Source: Candidatus Woesearchaeota archaeon (GTDB lineage Archaea > Nanobdellota > Nanobdellia > SCGC-AAA011-G17 > JAGVZF01). Taken from it: a stretch of DNA of 64,000 bases. A program made the translations under genes and the position numbers. The notes under the pieces were generated by a model. That model made no database searches and was not told the DNA's origin. It saw only the letters and a list, made by a program, of their open reading frames with translations. The stretch covers positions 850-64,849 of the forward strand of contig CAZJUI010000001.1 of NCBI GenBank assembly GCA_964549185.1, read 5' to 3'. Of this stretch, positions 19,582-28,725 are shown one piece after another. The first letter of the stretch is position 1. Each line of letters starts with the position of its first letter.

Positions 19582-20850
19582 CTACTCATCTTTTATCTTG
19601 GTTGTTTTTATGATTATATCAACAAGCCAGTGAATTTTTACACTTTCTATCTTAAATCCATGTCTCTCTATATCTTCCAAAAATTTTTTCTTTGAGAATT
19701 TCTCATCATGTGTATCTTTCCACATATCACCTACGCTTCTGGTCCATAACCACCAAAACATATTAAATAATGTGTTCTCATTTGGAACAGATATAACTAA
19801 TGTTCCGTCTTTTCTTAATACTCTATTGATATTATTTAAAGCTAAATCTCTATCTTTTACATGCTCTAAAACTTCCATTGCTGTTATTGCGTCAAAACTA
19901 TTTGCTTTAAATGGTATATCTGTTATACTTCCTCTTTTAAAATTAAATCCTCTGCAATCTTTAACATCCATTCCAATTCCATGACCTAAAAACCTAATAA
20001 AACTTCCATCTTTCATTGAATTACAAGGTTTCCCACACCCTACATCTAATAAATCCTTTTTATCAGGTAATAATCTTCTAACTTTTCTATATCTCGAATA
20101 ATGATAACTTTCTCTTAATCTATTAAACATTGGATTAAATAATCTTTTCCTAAGTTTATATAAATATAAATCTCCAAGTTGCATTACATATTCCATGTTT
20201 TGTTTCATCCCAAGTTTACTTTTTCCATCAGTTCTATTCTTGAACATATATGGAATTTCGACTGCCCTATTATAATTTCCTTTAGCTAATATTTCCAATC
20301 CTATCTTATAACCTCTAGGAACCAATCTCGCTTCTTCTATAACCTCTCTCTTAAAGAAAAAAAATCCTGACATTGGATCTTTAATTGTTGTAACAGGTTT
20401 AGCTAAAATCGTGGCAATTCTTGATGTTAATCTTCTTTGTTCTGGCCAATTAGTTACACCTCCACCTTCAATTAGTCTGCTTCCGACTGTTACTTCAGCT
20501 TCATTGTTAAATATGGGTTTTAACATATCCACGATTTTCTCAGCTGGATGGCTTAAATCAGCATCCATAAAACCTATAATCTCTCCTTTAGAAATTTCAA
20601 TCCCGTCCAAAACAGCAGATGCTAAGCCTTTCTTATCTTTCCTGCAGATTGCATTAATATTATATCTCTTATCTTTCTTTAATTTATTCACAATATCCAG
20701 TGTTCCATCTTTACTGTTGTCATCAACTATGACTACTTCTAATTTAAGTTTATTTTTTTTTGAAACTAAAAATATATCTTCCAATAATCTTCCAATATTG
20801 TCACTTTCATTTAAAGTAGGTATAATCAAAGATATATTCATTTTATACAT
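19582..20850 (-). CDS. Bifunctional GT2 glycosyltransferase (N-terminal, Dol-P sugar synthase-like) fused to a class I SAM methyltransferase (C-terminal).
   Basis: The N-terminus is ISLIIPTLNESDNIGRL...VVIVDDNSKDGT. The C-terminus has LLDVGCGKPC (SAM motif I), FDAITAMEVLEHV and VLRKDGTLVISVPN, which match the free-standing MTase paralogs. Confidence 0.7.
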   Translation of the reverse strand: MYKMNISLIIPTLNESDNIGRLLEDIFLVSKKNKLKLEVVIVDDNSKDGTLDIVNKLKKDKRYNINAICRKDKKGLASAVLDGIEISKGEIIGFMDADLSHPAEKIVDMLKPIFNNEAEVTVGSRLIEGGGVTNWPEQRRLTSRIATILAKPVTTIKDPMSGFFFFKREVIEEARLVPRGYKIGLEILAKGNYNRAVEIPYMFKNRTDGKSKLGMKQNMEYVMQLGDLYLYKLRKRLFNPMFNRLRESYHYSRYRKVRRLLPDKKDLLDVGCGKPCNSMKDGSFIRFLGHGIGMDVKDCRGFNFKRGSITDIPFKANSFDAITAMEVLEHVKDRDLALNNINRVLRKDGTLVISVPNENTLFNMFWWLWTRSVGDMWKDTHDEKFSKKKFLEDIERHGFKIESVKIHWLVDIIIKTTKIKDE

Positions 20851-20936
20851 TTACCTTAATTAAATTTAAAAAGCTTTCTGTAATATTAGAATATAACTGT
20901 TGTATATTATATATCTATAAAAACAAGAATTGAGTT

Positions 20937-21479
20937 ATGCATAGAATGCGTTTCAAATGTTTAAACTTAGGTAGTGGGAAGAGTTATAAAAAAGGCAATG
21001 AAAAGGAAGAATGGATAAATATTGATATCAATCCTGATTGGAATCCTGATGTTTTGCATGATCTCAATAAATTTCCATACCCATTTAAAGATGACACCTT
21101 TGATTTGGTATTTGCAGATAATATTCTAGAACATTTTGATAGTCAACAATTAAAGAAAGTTCTTAATGAAATGGGAAGAATATTAAAAGAAGATGGAAGA
21201 TTAAAGGTCATTGTACCTCATTTTTCTAATGCCTCAGCCTATCAAATAAATCATAAAATGTTTTTTCAATCAAACTTTTTTCATGAAAGGAATATTCCAA
21301 ATGTTAAAGTTTTAGATATTAAATTAATGCTAACGCAAAATAAATTTTTTAATTTTCTTAATTATATAGCAAATATCAATCCATTTGTCTGGGAAAGATT
21401 TTTCTGCTATTATTATCCAATTCAAATGATTCATTTTGAATTAAAAATTATTAAAGATAAAGATAATAAGATAAGATAA
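20937..21479 (+). CDS. Class I SAM-dependent methyltransferase, paralog B.
   Basis: LNLGSGKSYK (motif I-like), FDLVFADNILEHF and MGRILKEDGRLKVIVPH. Confidence 0.6.
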   Translation: MHRMRFKCLNLGSGKSYKKGNEKEEWINIDINPDWNPDVLHDLNKFPYPFKDDTFDLVFADNILEHFDSQQLKKVLNEMGRILKEDGRLKVIVPHFSNASAYQINHKMFFQSNFFHERNIPNVKVLDIKLMLTQNKFFNFLNYIANINPFVWERFFCYYYPIQMIHFELKIIKDKDNKIR

Positions 21480-21554
21480 CGCTAAAATATATATTTCACA
21501 ATAATAAATTTCTCATCAAATGATTTATAATACTTTTTATCATCTATTTTATCA

Positions 21555-22319
21555 ATGGAAAGCTTATCTCTAATCATTCCTGCATATAATGAAGAACATA
21601 GGATAGGGAAAACGTTGGATTACTATTCAGTTTATCTCTCTTCAAACATTAAAGATTTTGAAATTATAGTAGTTTTAAATGGTTGCAAGGACAATACATT
21701 AAATGTTATTTTAAATTATCAAAAAAAATATCCTAAAATAATTAAATATCTTAATTTTACTAATCCAATAGGCAAGGGCCCTGCGGTTATTGAAGGTTTT
21801 AAAGCAGCTAATAATGAATTAATTGGTTTTGTTGATGCTGATATGTCAACACCACCAGAAGCATTTCATGATCTTGTTTTAAAAATAAATGGCTATGATG
21901 GGATATTAGCTTCAAGATGGATTAAAGGAGCCACAATTCCAATACAGCAAAGATTGCCTCGTAGAATCGCTTCAAGGTCTTTTAACATTTTAGTAAGAAT
22001 ATTATTCAACTTAAATGTAAATGATACTCAATGTGGCTGCAAATTATTCAAAAAAAATGCGATCAAATCTATTATTAATGATATTGGCAAAACAAAATGG
22101 GCTTTTGATATTGATGTTTTATATAGATTAAATAAAAAAGGTTATAAAGTGACTGAAATCCCAACATATTGGAGTGATGCAAAAGACTCTCATTTAAATG
22201 TCACAAAAACAAGTATAGAAATGTTTTTATCAATAATAAGGTTAAGATTAATTTACTCAAATCTTGAAGTAATAGTTAAATCATACAATAAAATTCATGA
22301 TTTAATTTTAAAAAAATGA
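21555..22319 (+). CDS. GT2 glycosyltransferase, Dol-P sugar synthase-like.
   Basis: LSLIIPAYNEEHRIGKTL... with a DxD region (FVDADM). 254 aa. Confidence 0.75.
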   Translation: MESLSLIIPAYNEEHRIGKTLDYYSVYLSSNIKDFEIIVVLNGCKDNTLNVILNYQKKYPKIIKYLNFTNPIGKGPAVIEGFKAANNELIGFVDADMSTPPEAFHDLVLKINGYDGILASRWIKGATIPIQQRLPRRIASRSFNILVRILFNLNVNDTQCGCKLFKKNAIKSIINDIGKTKWAFDIDVLYRLNKKGYKVTEIPTYWSDAKDSHLNVTKTSIEMFLSIIRLRLIYSNLEVIVKSYNKIHDLILKK

Positions 22320-23362
22320 AAATATTAACAATATTGCTACCTGGAATAGGAAACACCTTACTATTTACACCAACATTAAAAGCACTAAGGAAAAATTTTC
22401 CAAATTCAGAGATTACAGCTTTGGTTATGTATAAAGGTTCACAAGAGGTATTGGAAGGAAATCCATACATTGATAAAATAATCTTCTATCCATTTATGAA
22501 AAAAGGTCATATTAAATCCTTATTTTTTGTCCTAAAACAAAGATTTCAAAATTATGATATATCAATCCTAGCTTATCCTGCCAATAGATTTCAATATTCC
22601 ATTATTGGATTTTTAATTGGAGCAAAGATTAAAATAACCCATTCATACGATCATAATAAATTATTCTCAGGAAGTTTATTTTATTCAAAAAAATTACCGT
22701 TAAATAAAAACATGCATGAAATAGAAGAAAACCTCAACCTATTAAAACTATTAAATATAAATGCTCTAGGTGAAGATAAATCAGTTTTTCTAAAATTAGA
22801 TAAAGAACATGAAATTTTTGCATCAAATTTTATAAAAAATAATAAACTAAAAGAAAAAAAATTAGTTGGTATTCATGCTGGCTCTTCTGTTTTATCTGGA
22901 ATGATAAACAAAAGATGGCCAAAGGAAAGGTTCGCATCATTAATAGACAAACTATCAAATAAAAATATTATATGTTTATTATTTGGTGGAAATGATGAAT
23001 CTGAGTTAAAAAAATGGATATATGAAAACACAAATAATAAACCTATATTGGTTAATACTCCTTCAGTAAAACATTCTGCATCTTTAATCAAGATGTGTAA
23101 CTTATTTATTTCAAATGACACTGCCCTAATGCATGTAGCTGGAGCTGTTAACACTCCAACAATAGTTCTTGTTGGGCCCGTCCCTAAAAAGACTTTACCT
23201 CAAGGGAATATTCACACCGCAATATTTAAAAATCTGCCCTGTCAGCCTTGTTATAGAATTGGAGACACAATGAAATGTGTCTTAAATATAGATTATAAAT
23301 GTCTTAAAGATATAACAGTAGATGAGGTTTACAATCTGGCATGGAAGAAATTAAAGGAATAA
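22316..23362 (+). CDS. GT9-family glycosyltransferase (LPS heptosyltransferase-like).
   Basis: The N-terminus MKILTILLPGIGNTLLFTPTLKALRKNFPNSEITAL is GT9-characteristic. The fold is GT-B and the length is 348 aa. Its ATGA start overlaps the preceding GT2 stop. Confidence 0.6.
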   Translation: MKILTILLPGIGNTLLFTPTLKALRKNFPNSEITALVMYKGSQEVLEGNPYIDKIIFYPFMKKGHIKSLFFVLKQRFQNYDISILAYPANRFQYSIIGFLIGAKIKITHSYDHNKLFSGSLFYSKKLPLNKNMHEIEENLNLLKLLNINALGEDKSVFLKLDKEHEIFASNFIKNNKLKEKKLVGIHAGSSVLSGMINKRWPKERFASLIDKLSNKNIICLLFGGNDESELKKWIYENTNNKPILVNTPSVKHSASLIKMCNLFISNDTALMHVAGAVNTPTIVLVGPVPKKTLPQGNIHTAIFKNLPCQPCYRIGDTMKCVLNIDYKCLKDITVDEVYNLAWKKLKE

Positions 23363-23892
23363 CAACAATAGAGAAAGATTCTTTTTGTATTCAACAACAG
23401 GATAAGATTATTAGAGATACAATAGAATTAATTAATAAAAAAGAGCTTAACATATTGCAATTAGGTTGTAATTTTATTGATAATTCATTATTACTGGAAA
23501 AAAACGAAAAGTATAAAATAACATTAATAGATGATAAAAATGAAACAATTAATTTCAGTAAATTAAATATATCAAAATCACCATTAACAAAAACGAACTT
23601 TGAAGACAACACTTTCGATTTAACATTTAACATAGATGTAATAAATAAAACCCAAGATCCATTAAATGTAATAAAGGAGATGGTAAGAGTTACAAGAAAA
23701 TACGGAATGATATTATTAATATTTTCAAATAATTTTGATATAAAAAAAATAATAAAAGATATAAACATTAATTTAATAGATGAAAAGATTCCGGACTTGG
23801 ATGCAAAGTTAGCTGAATATGGAAACTTCAAGATATCAAAAAATCCCCTAAGTAAAAAAGGAAAAAATTATCTAATAATGTTCAAGATTTAG
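23341..23892 (+). CDS. Degenerate class I methyltransferase-like protein, paralog C.
   Basis: FDLTFNIDVI...VIKEMVRVTRKYGMILLIFSN matches the C-terminal half of the MTase paralogs. Its motif I region is degenerate (ILQLGCNFIDNS). Confidence 0.4.
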   Translation: MEEIKGITTIEKDSFCIQQQDKIIRDTIELINKKELNILQLGCNFIDNSLLLEKNEKYKITLIDDKNETINFSKLNISKSPLTKTNFEDNTFDLTFNIDVINKTQDPLNVIKEMVRVTRKYGMILLIFSNNFDIKKIIKDININLIDEKIPDLDAKLAEYGNFKISKNPLSKKGKNYLIMFKI

Positions 23893-25414
23893 GAAATTCA
23901 TATATTATAACTAGTGGTTGTTTTTGTTCTTGGTCTGCAAAATATGCTTGTACTGGCTTTAATTCGTGCTTTTCAGGATACTCAAAATAAACTTGCCCTG
24001 AATTTTCAAAGATAGAAACAACAAAATATCTTGGATTATACTTATTAATTTCGCTTTCTTCATAAGCATATCTTGTTTCTCTTTCAGAATAATAGGTATT
24101 TTGGGGTATAGAATTGCTTATAACTACATCTCCCTTATTGGAATTTTCTTTTATCCAAAGTCCGGCTACTTTTATTGGTTCGTATGAGCTAACTTTATTT
24201 TTTATTAATGCATCACTATATCTTAATTGTTGGAAACCAACTATTAAAATTATTAGTACAACAAAACTGATTGCAATACTTTTATTATGTTTTTTAATAT
24301 AATCTGATATCAATATTATTGCTTTTGCAGCTATGAAAAATACTGCAGGAAAGACAATTATAAGATATCTATCCTCTCCTCGCCCGCTTGTATTTATAGC
24401 AACATATGTTAACAATATTAATGGTATTAGTATCCATAATAACAAAAATAAATCTTTTTTTAATTCAAGATTTTTCTCTTTTATCATTAAATCAAAACCC
24501 AATATAAGATTGATTAATAAATATAATAATCCTAATAAGAATATTATAAGCAAGACTATTTGAAGATAAGTTGGAAACATTTTTAGATAAACATTCCAAG
24601 CAGAATAAACAGCTTTTGTTTCAGGGTTTGCAATGCTTGCTTGTACCGCTGCCAATCTAGGTATCGGGGCTCCTAATGTAGCCATAGAATAAAAAATATA
24701 AGGTAATAATAATATCAAGATTATTATAGCTGCTATCCACACTTTTCTATTCTTCAAGAATTTAAATTTGTCTGTTATTAATAAATATATCAACATTACC
24801 AATCCGATAAATCCAACAGCATAGTAACTCAAAAACCCAATTAAAATTGCTAACCCAGAAAATAAAAGATATTTAAGATTAATTTGTTTAACATAACCCT
24901 TCCAAAAACAATAAACAGCAACTGTGACAAAAGCTAATGTTGGTGCTTCTGACATGAATCTTAAAGAGTAAAATAAATGTAAATAAAAAACAGATAAAAA
25001 TGCTGTTGCAATAATCGCAATTTTCTTATCAAAAATTTCTTTTCCTAAAAGATATGTAAAAATAATTGCCACCATTGAGAATAATGTTTCAATAAATCTA
25101 ATAAAAAATTCAGAAGCTCCTATTTTAAATAATAATCCCCAAAATAATGGTAATAAAGGCTCTCTATATGGAAACCATCCTGTATTTGGTGTATTAAAAG
25201 CATAATGTTTTGCCTGCAACATCATCTCAGCTTCATCCCACCATAATGGTTGATGGGAAGCAACAAATAAATAATAAAGTCTTATTATAATCCCCATGCT
25301 GATAACAACCAATGCAATAATATTTAATTTATCACTAAAAAATCCTTTTTTCTGTTCTTGAGTTTCAATTTTAATCTCTGTAGGTTTAATTTCTATCTTT
25401 GCTTCTTCTTCCAT
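23882..25414 (-). CDS. GT-C-fold glycosyltransferase, ArnT/PMT-like (COG1807-like).
   Basis: 510 aa polytopic. The first loop carries the acidic signature HQPLWWDEAEMM typical of ArnT/PMT-family GT-C enzymes. It has a C-terminal soluble domain. Confidence 0.55.
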   Translation of the reverse strand: MEEEAKIEIKPTEIKIETQEQKKGFFSDKLNIIALVVISMGIIIRLYYLFVASHQPLWWDEAEMMLQAKHYAFNTPNTGWFPYREPLLPLFWGLLFKIGASEFFIRFIETLFSMVAIIFTYLLGKEIFDKKIAIIATAFLSVFYLHLFYSLRFMSEAPTLAFVTVAVYCFWKGYVKQINLKYLLFSGLAILIGFLSYYAVGFIGLVMLIYLLITDKFKFLKNRKVWIAAIIILILLLPYIFYSMATLGAPIPRLAAVQASIANPETKAVYSAWNVYLKMFPTYLQIVLLIIFLLGLLYLLINLILGFDLMIKEKNLELKKDLFLLLWILIPLILLTYVAINTSGRGEDRYLIIVFPAVFFIAAKAIILISDYIKKHNKSIAISFVVLIILIVGFQQLRYSDALIKNKVSSYEPIKVAGLWIKENSNKGDVVISNSIPQNTYYSERETRYAYEESEINKYNPRYFVVSIFENSGQVYFEYPEKHELKPVQAYFADQEQKQPLVIIYEFPKS

Positions 25415-25483
25415 TTTTATTTCTTTAATATTCTAACTTAAATATGTTTTTATTAATCTTAAATATAGAGAATTAAGAATATA

Positions 25484-26470
25484 TTACTTTTCGTCCAAAC
25501 TTGCTAACAATTCATCTAAAGTTAATGTTGCTGTTCCAACTTTACCAATAACTATTGCAGCCGCATGATTTGCAACATACATTGAATCCTTAACTCCCAA
25601 TTCAGAAGCTAATCCCAAAGAAAATGTAACTAGTGCCGTATCTCCTGCTCCAGAAAGATCATATACTGGAACTTTTTTTGCTTTAGAATGATAGTAAAGC
25701 CCTTCTTGCCCAAAAAATTTCATTCCTTCTTTACCGCAAGTAATAACAACCCCTCCAGTCCAATATCTAGCTACAATCTCTCTACCAACATGATTTATAT
25801 GCTTATTTTTATCTAGCCCAGTTATCTCTCTTGCCTCTTTAGAATTTAACATTAAAAAATCCATATCATAATAGATGTCAGCATTTACTGGTTTGGGTTC
25901 AATAATAAATAATTTGTTTCTTCTTTTAGCTTCCCTTCTCAAAAATTTTACCAAGGTTTTAGTAATAATCCCTTTACCATAATCTGATATTAAATATACA
26001 TCAGCATCTAAATCAGATTCTCTAAAGTGATTTATTAAAAAATTAGTTTGATCTCTATTCAATCTTGTATCCATTTCTTCATCGAATCTCGCAATTAAAT
26101 CTTCATCATCAGCTATAAGCCTATTTTTTGTTGTAGTTATTCTATTTCTTAATGAAATCACTCTAGATTTAATTCCATTATAAGAAGCTAAATCATGAAC
26201 AACTTTTCCAGATTCATCATTTCCAACAATCCCATATAGATAAGCTGTAGATCCTAAACTTGCAACATTGCTTGCTGTATTCCCTGCACCACCCAAAACA
26301 TTAGAATATCCATTAACTTTCACTAAATTTGTTGCCCGTCTTTCAGGATTTAATCTTTCTATCTCCCCCATGATATAATGATCTAACATAACATCACCAA
26401 CAACTAAGATTTTTCTATTTGGAATTGTTCTAACAATTTCTTTTATTTTTTCTAGGTTCATATTAATCAC
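25484..26470 (-). CDS. D-glycero-beta-D-manno-heptose-7-phosphate kinase (HldE/RfaE domain I homolog, PfkB family).
   Basis: ILVVGDVMLDHY, GGAGNTASNVASLG, LISDYGKG, VYDLSGAGDT and AAIVIGKVGTATL correspond to conserved blocks of the HldE kinase domain. Confidence 0.75.
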   Translation of the reverse strand: MINMNLEKIKEIVRTIPNRKILVVGDVMLDHYIMGEIERLNPERRATNLVKVNGYSNVLGGAGNTASNVASLGSTAYLYGIVGNDESGKVVHDLASYNGIKSRVISLRNRITTTKNRLIADDEDLIARFDEEMDTRLNRDQTNFLINHFRESDLDADVYLISDYGKGIITKTLVKFLRREAKRRNKLFIIEPKPVNADIYYDMDFLMLNSKEAREITGLDKNKHINHVGREIVARYWTGGVVITCGKEGMKFFGQEGLYYHSKAKKVPVYDLSGAGDTALVTFSLGLASELGVKDSMYVANHAAAIVIGKVGTATLTLDELLASLDEK

Positions 26471-28356
26471 TTCGTACTTTCTACTCTCTCCCAGGCGTCA
26501 TTATAATGTTTTCTTATCAATCTAGTATCGTAATAAACACTAATCCACATATATAATCTGGCAAAAAATAATCTTAATGTCCACCAAAATTCTCTCAAAT
26601 TTTTAGGATAAGATAAAGCCCAAAATGTTCCAATAAATACTTCATTAAAAAAAGATTTAACTCTCGGAAAATCAGGAGCATATTTGGTTAATGTTTCATG
26701 AGCCTTTGCTGTTCTTTTTCTTTGTTTAAACCATTCATCAAAATTATCAGGGTTCTTAACAAATACTTTAGCCTCTTTTACATACTTAATTTTATATCCT
26801 CTTTTCCAAAAATAATAAGGGATTATGCTGTCTTCAGCTACATCTAATGGAATCTTATGGATGATATTATTTCTAAAGGCAAATAAATATCCAGAACATT
26901 CTAAAAATTTCCCTTGTTCGGATAATTTTTTTCTTATTTTATGGGCTCCAGCATCAGCCAATAAATGACTCCAATATCCAAATATATCGTCTTTTGTATT
27001 AGATGAAACAATTCTTCCTGTAACACATCCTGTTTTAAGGTCAAAAAAAGATCTAGCAATTTCATTAATTGAATTTTCTCCCAAAACAACATCACCATCT
27101 GTAAAAATCAAAATATCTCCCTTTAATTCTTTAAATAATAAATTTATTGCATAGCTTTTTCCTATTCCAGGATCTTTAAAATATTTTATATTCTGTTTTT
27201 TATTTAGCTTATTAAATAATGTTTTAGCTTCTTCATCTGGACTTGCTATAATAATTTCATAGTCGTAATCTATTTGTTGTTTCAGTATAGAATCAATAGC
27301 CTTTGGCAAATTAGGTTCTTTAAAAGAAGTAACAATAATTGATAATTTATTTTTTATTAACCTATTCGCAGCATTAACAATATTATCTACATTCATCTTA
27401 TTCATACTTTGGCAGTCTGATTTATAACAACATAAACAATTAGAATTTGGCGTTAATCTTATACCTTGTCCATACAAATCTAGTTCTGCAGCAGATGTTG
27501 GACCAACTAAAACGACAACTTTCCTGTTCAGAGCTACAGCTAAATGTAATCCTAAGCTGTCGCTGGTTACAAAAACATTACAAATTGTTATTAATGCTGG
27601 AAATTCAAAAAGATCATTGCCACATCCCGTGTTTATTATAGGAACTTTGCTTAAAGAAATAATATTGTCATTTCTTTCTATCTCATCCTGCCCGCCAAAC
27701 AGCAATATTTTATATTTATAATTTTTATATAACATTTCAGCAAGTTTTGCTGTCTTTTCTATGCTTAATTTCTTTGATGGCCAAACTCCACCAGATCCTG
27801 TATTAATTCCTATAACAATATCCTCTTCTCTTATATTATATCTTCTCTTGAAATCACTTAAAAATTTCCCTTGTTCCCTATTTAATTTTAAATTCATAAA
27901 AGTCTTATCATAATCCACTCCAACCATATCGCTAATAATTTGTTGGTACGTTTTCTTATTTTTCTTTTTGAGAATATCATTTTGGGGTTTCTTGCCTAAT
28001 TTACTCATATCATACCATTCTTTTGCGCTTTCAGAGGGTATAACTCTAAGATTTTTATCTAAATAGTTTCCAATGATCTTTCCAGTTTTAATCTTTGTAG
28101 CCAATGCACAAGCTTCAAAATCTTCATCTAAGTTAATTACAATATCAAAATGCATTCCTTCTAGGTATTTTAAATTTACCTTGCTGTAATAAACTGCATC
28201 ATCAACAAATTTATTATTTTTTATTAGGTAATAAGCATTCTTTTTTGTAAGCCAATAAATCTTTGAATCTCTATATTTTTCTTTTAATGCTGGAAGTATT
28301 GCAGTTGTTCTTACTACATCTCCCATAGCTCCTAATTTAATTATAAGAATTTTCAT
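26467..28356 (-). CDS. Fusion protein: N-terminal GT9 (heptosyltransferase-like) plus C-terminal GT2 glycosyltransferase.
   Basis: The N-terminus MKILIIKLGAMGDVVRTTAILPALKEKYRDSKIYWLT is GT9. The C-terminal half, from about residue 340, has LSIIVTSFKEPNLPKAI...FTDGDV, a GT2 DxD region. 629 aa. It is translationally coupled to the upstream kinase. Confidence 0.65.
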   Translation of the reverse strand: MKILIIKLGAMGDVVRTTAILPALKEKYRDSKIYWLTKKNAYYLIKNNKFVDDAVYYSKVNLKYLEGMHFDIVINLDEDFEACALATKIKTGKIIGNYLDKNLRVIPSESAKEWYDMSKLGKKPQNDILKKKNKKTYQQIISDMVGVDYDKTFMNLKLNREQGKFLSDFKRRYNIREEDIVIGINTGSGGVWPSKKLSIEKTAKLAEMLYKNYKYKILLFGGQDEIERNDNIISLSKVPIINTGCGNDLFEFPALITICNVFVTSDSLGLHLAVALNRKVVVLVGPTSAAELDLYGQGIRLTPNSNCLCCYKSDCQSMNKMNVDNIVNAANRLIKNKLSIIVTSFKEPNLPKAIDSILKQQIDYDYEIIIASPDEEAKTLFNKLNKKQNIKYFKDPGIGKSYAINLLFKELKGDILIFTDGDVVLGENSINEIARSFFDLKTGCVTGRIVSSNTKDDIFGYWSHLLADAGAHKIRKKLSEQGKFLECSGYLFAFRNNIIHKIPLDVAEDSIIPYYFWKRGYKIKYVKEAKVFVKNPDNFDEWFKQRKRTAKAHETLTKYAPDFPRVKSFFNEVFIGTFWALSYPKNLREFWWTLRLFFARLYMWISVYYDTRLIRKHYNDAWERVESTK

Positions 28357-28410
28357 GATAATGAGATATAGGAAAATTTAATAAACCTTACCATAAATCT
28401 TATCATCTAA

Positions 28411-28680
28411 CTATATTTTTCTGCCCAATTTTAAAGCAAATTCATCTATTTCTTTTTCACTTAATTTATTCTTTTTAACCATCTTATTAAGAGTAATTAA
28501 TGCATTTGATTTGCTTCTTTCTAATGTTAATGCTTTCTGGGCTTCATCTTCATATAGAAATTCTTCTTTACAGTTATCGCATCTTTCTCCTTTAAGTATA
28601 AAATCATATCCTCCTAAATCTAATTTAATATTTTTTACTCTAATCAAATTTCCATTTTCACATATTGGGCATTTTTTCAT
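28411..28680 (-). CDS. YgiT/MqsA-type zinc-ribbon small protein.
   Basis: MKKCPICENGNLIRV...GERCDNCKEEF gives CxxC...CxxC with the spacing of YgiT-type zinc fingers. 89 aa. It lies 45 nt downstream of the GT4 gene on the same strand. Confidence 0.5.
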   Translation of the reverse strand: MKKCPICENGNLIRVKNIKLDLGGYDFILKGERCDNCKEEFLYEDEAQKALTLERSKSNALITLNKMVKKNKLSEKEIDEFALKLGRKI

Positions 28681-28725
28681 TCTTTTTAACTTTTCGTTAT
28701 AATCAATTTTTCTTAATAAATTTTT

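Noticed and set aside
28411-28680. Interpretation of the YgiT-type zinc-ribbon genes as classical MqsA antitoxins
   Set aside because: No MqsR-like or other toxin gene is adjacent to either copy. Both are instead co-oriented with, and one is translationally coupled to, a glycosyltransferase, so the plain toxin-antitoxin call was not adopted.
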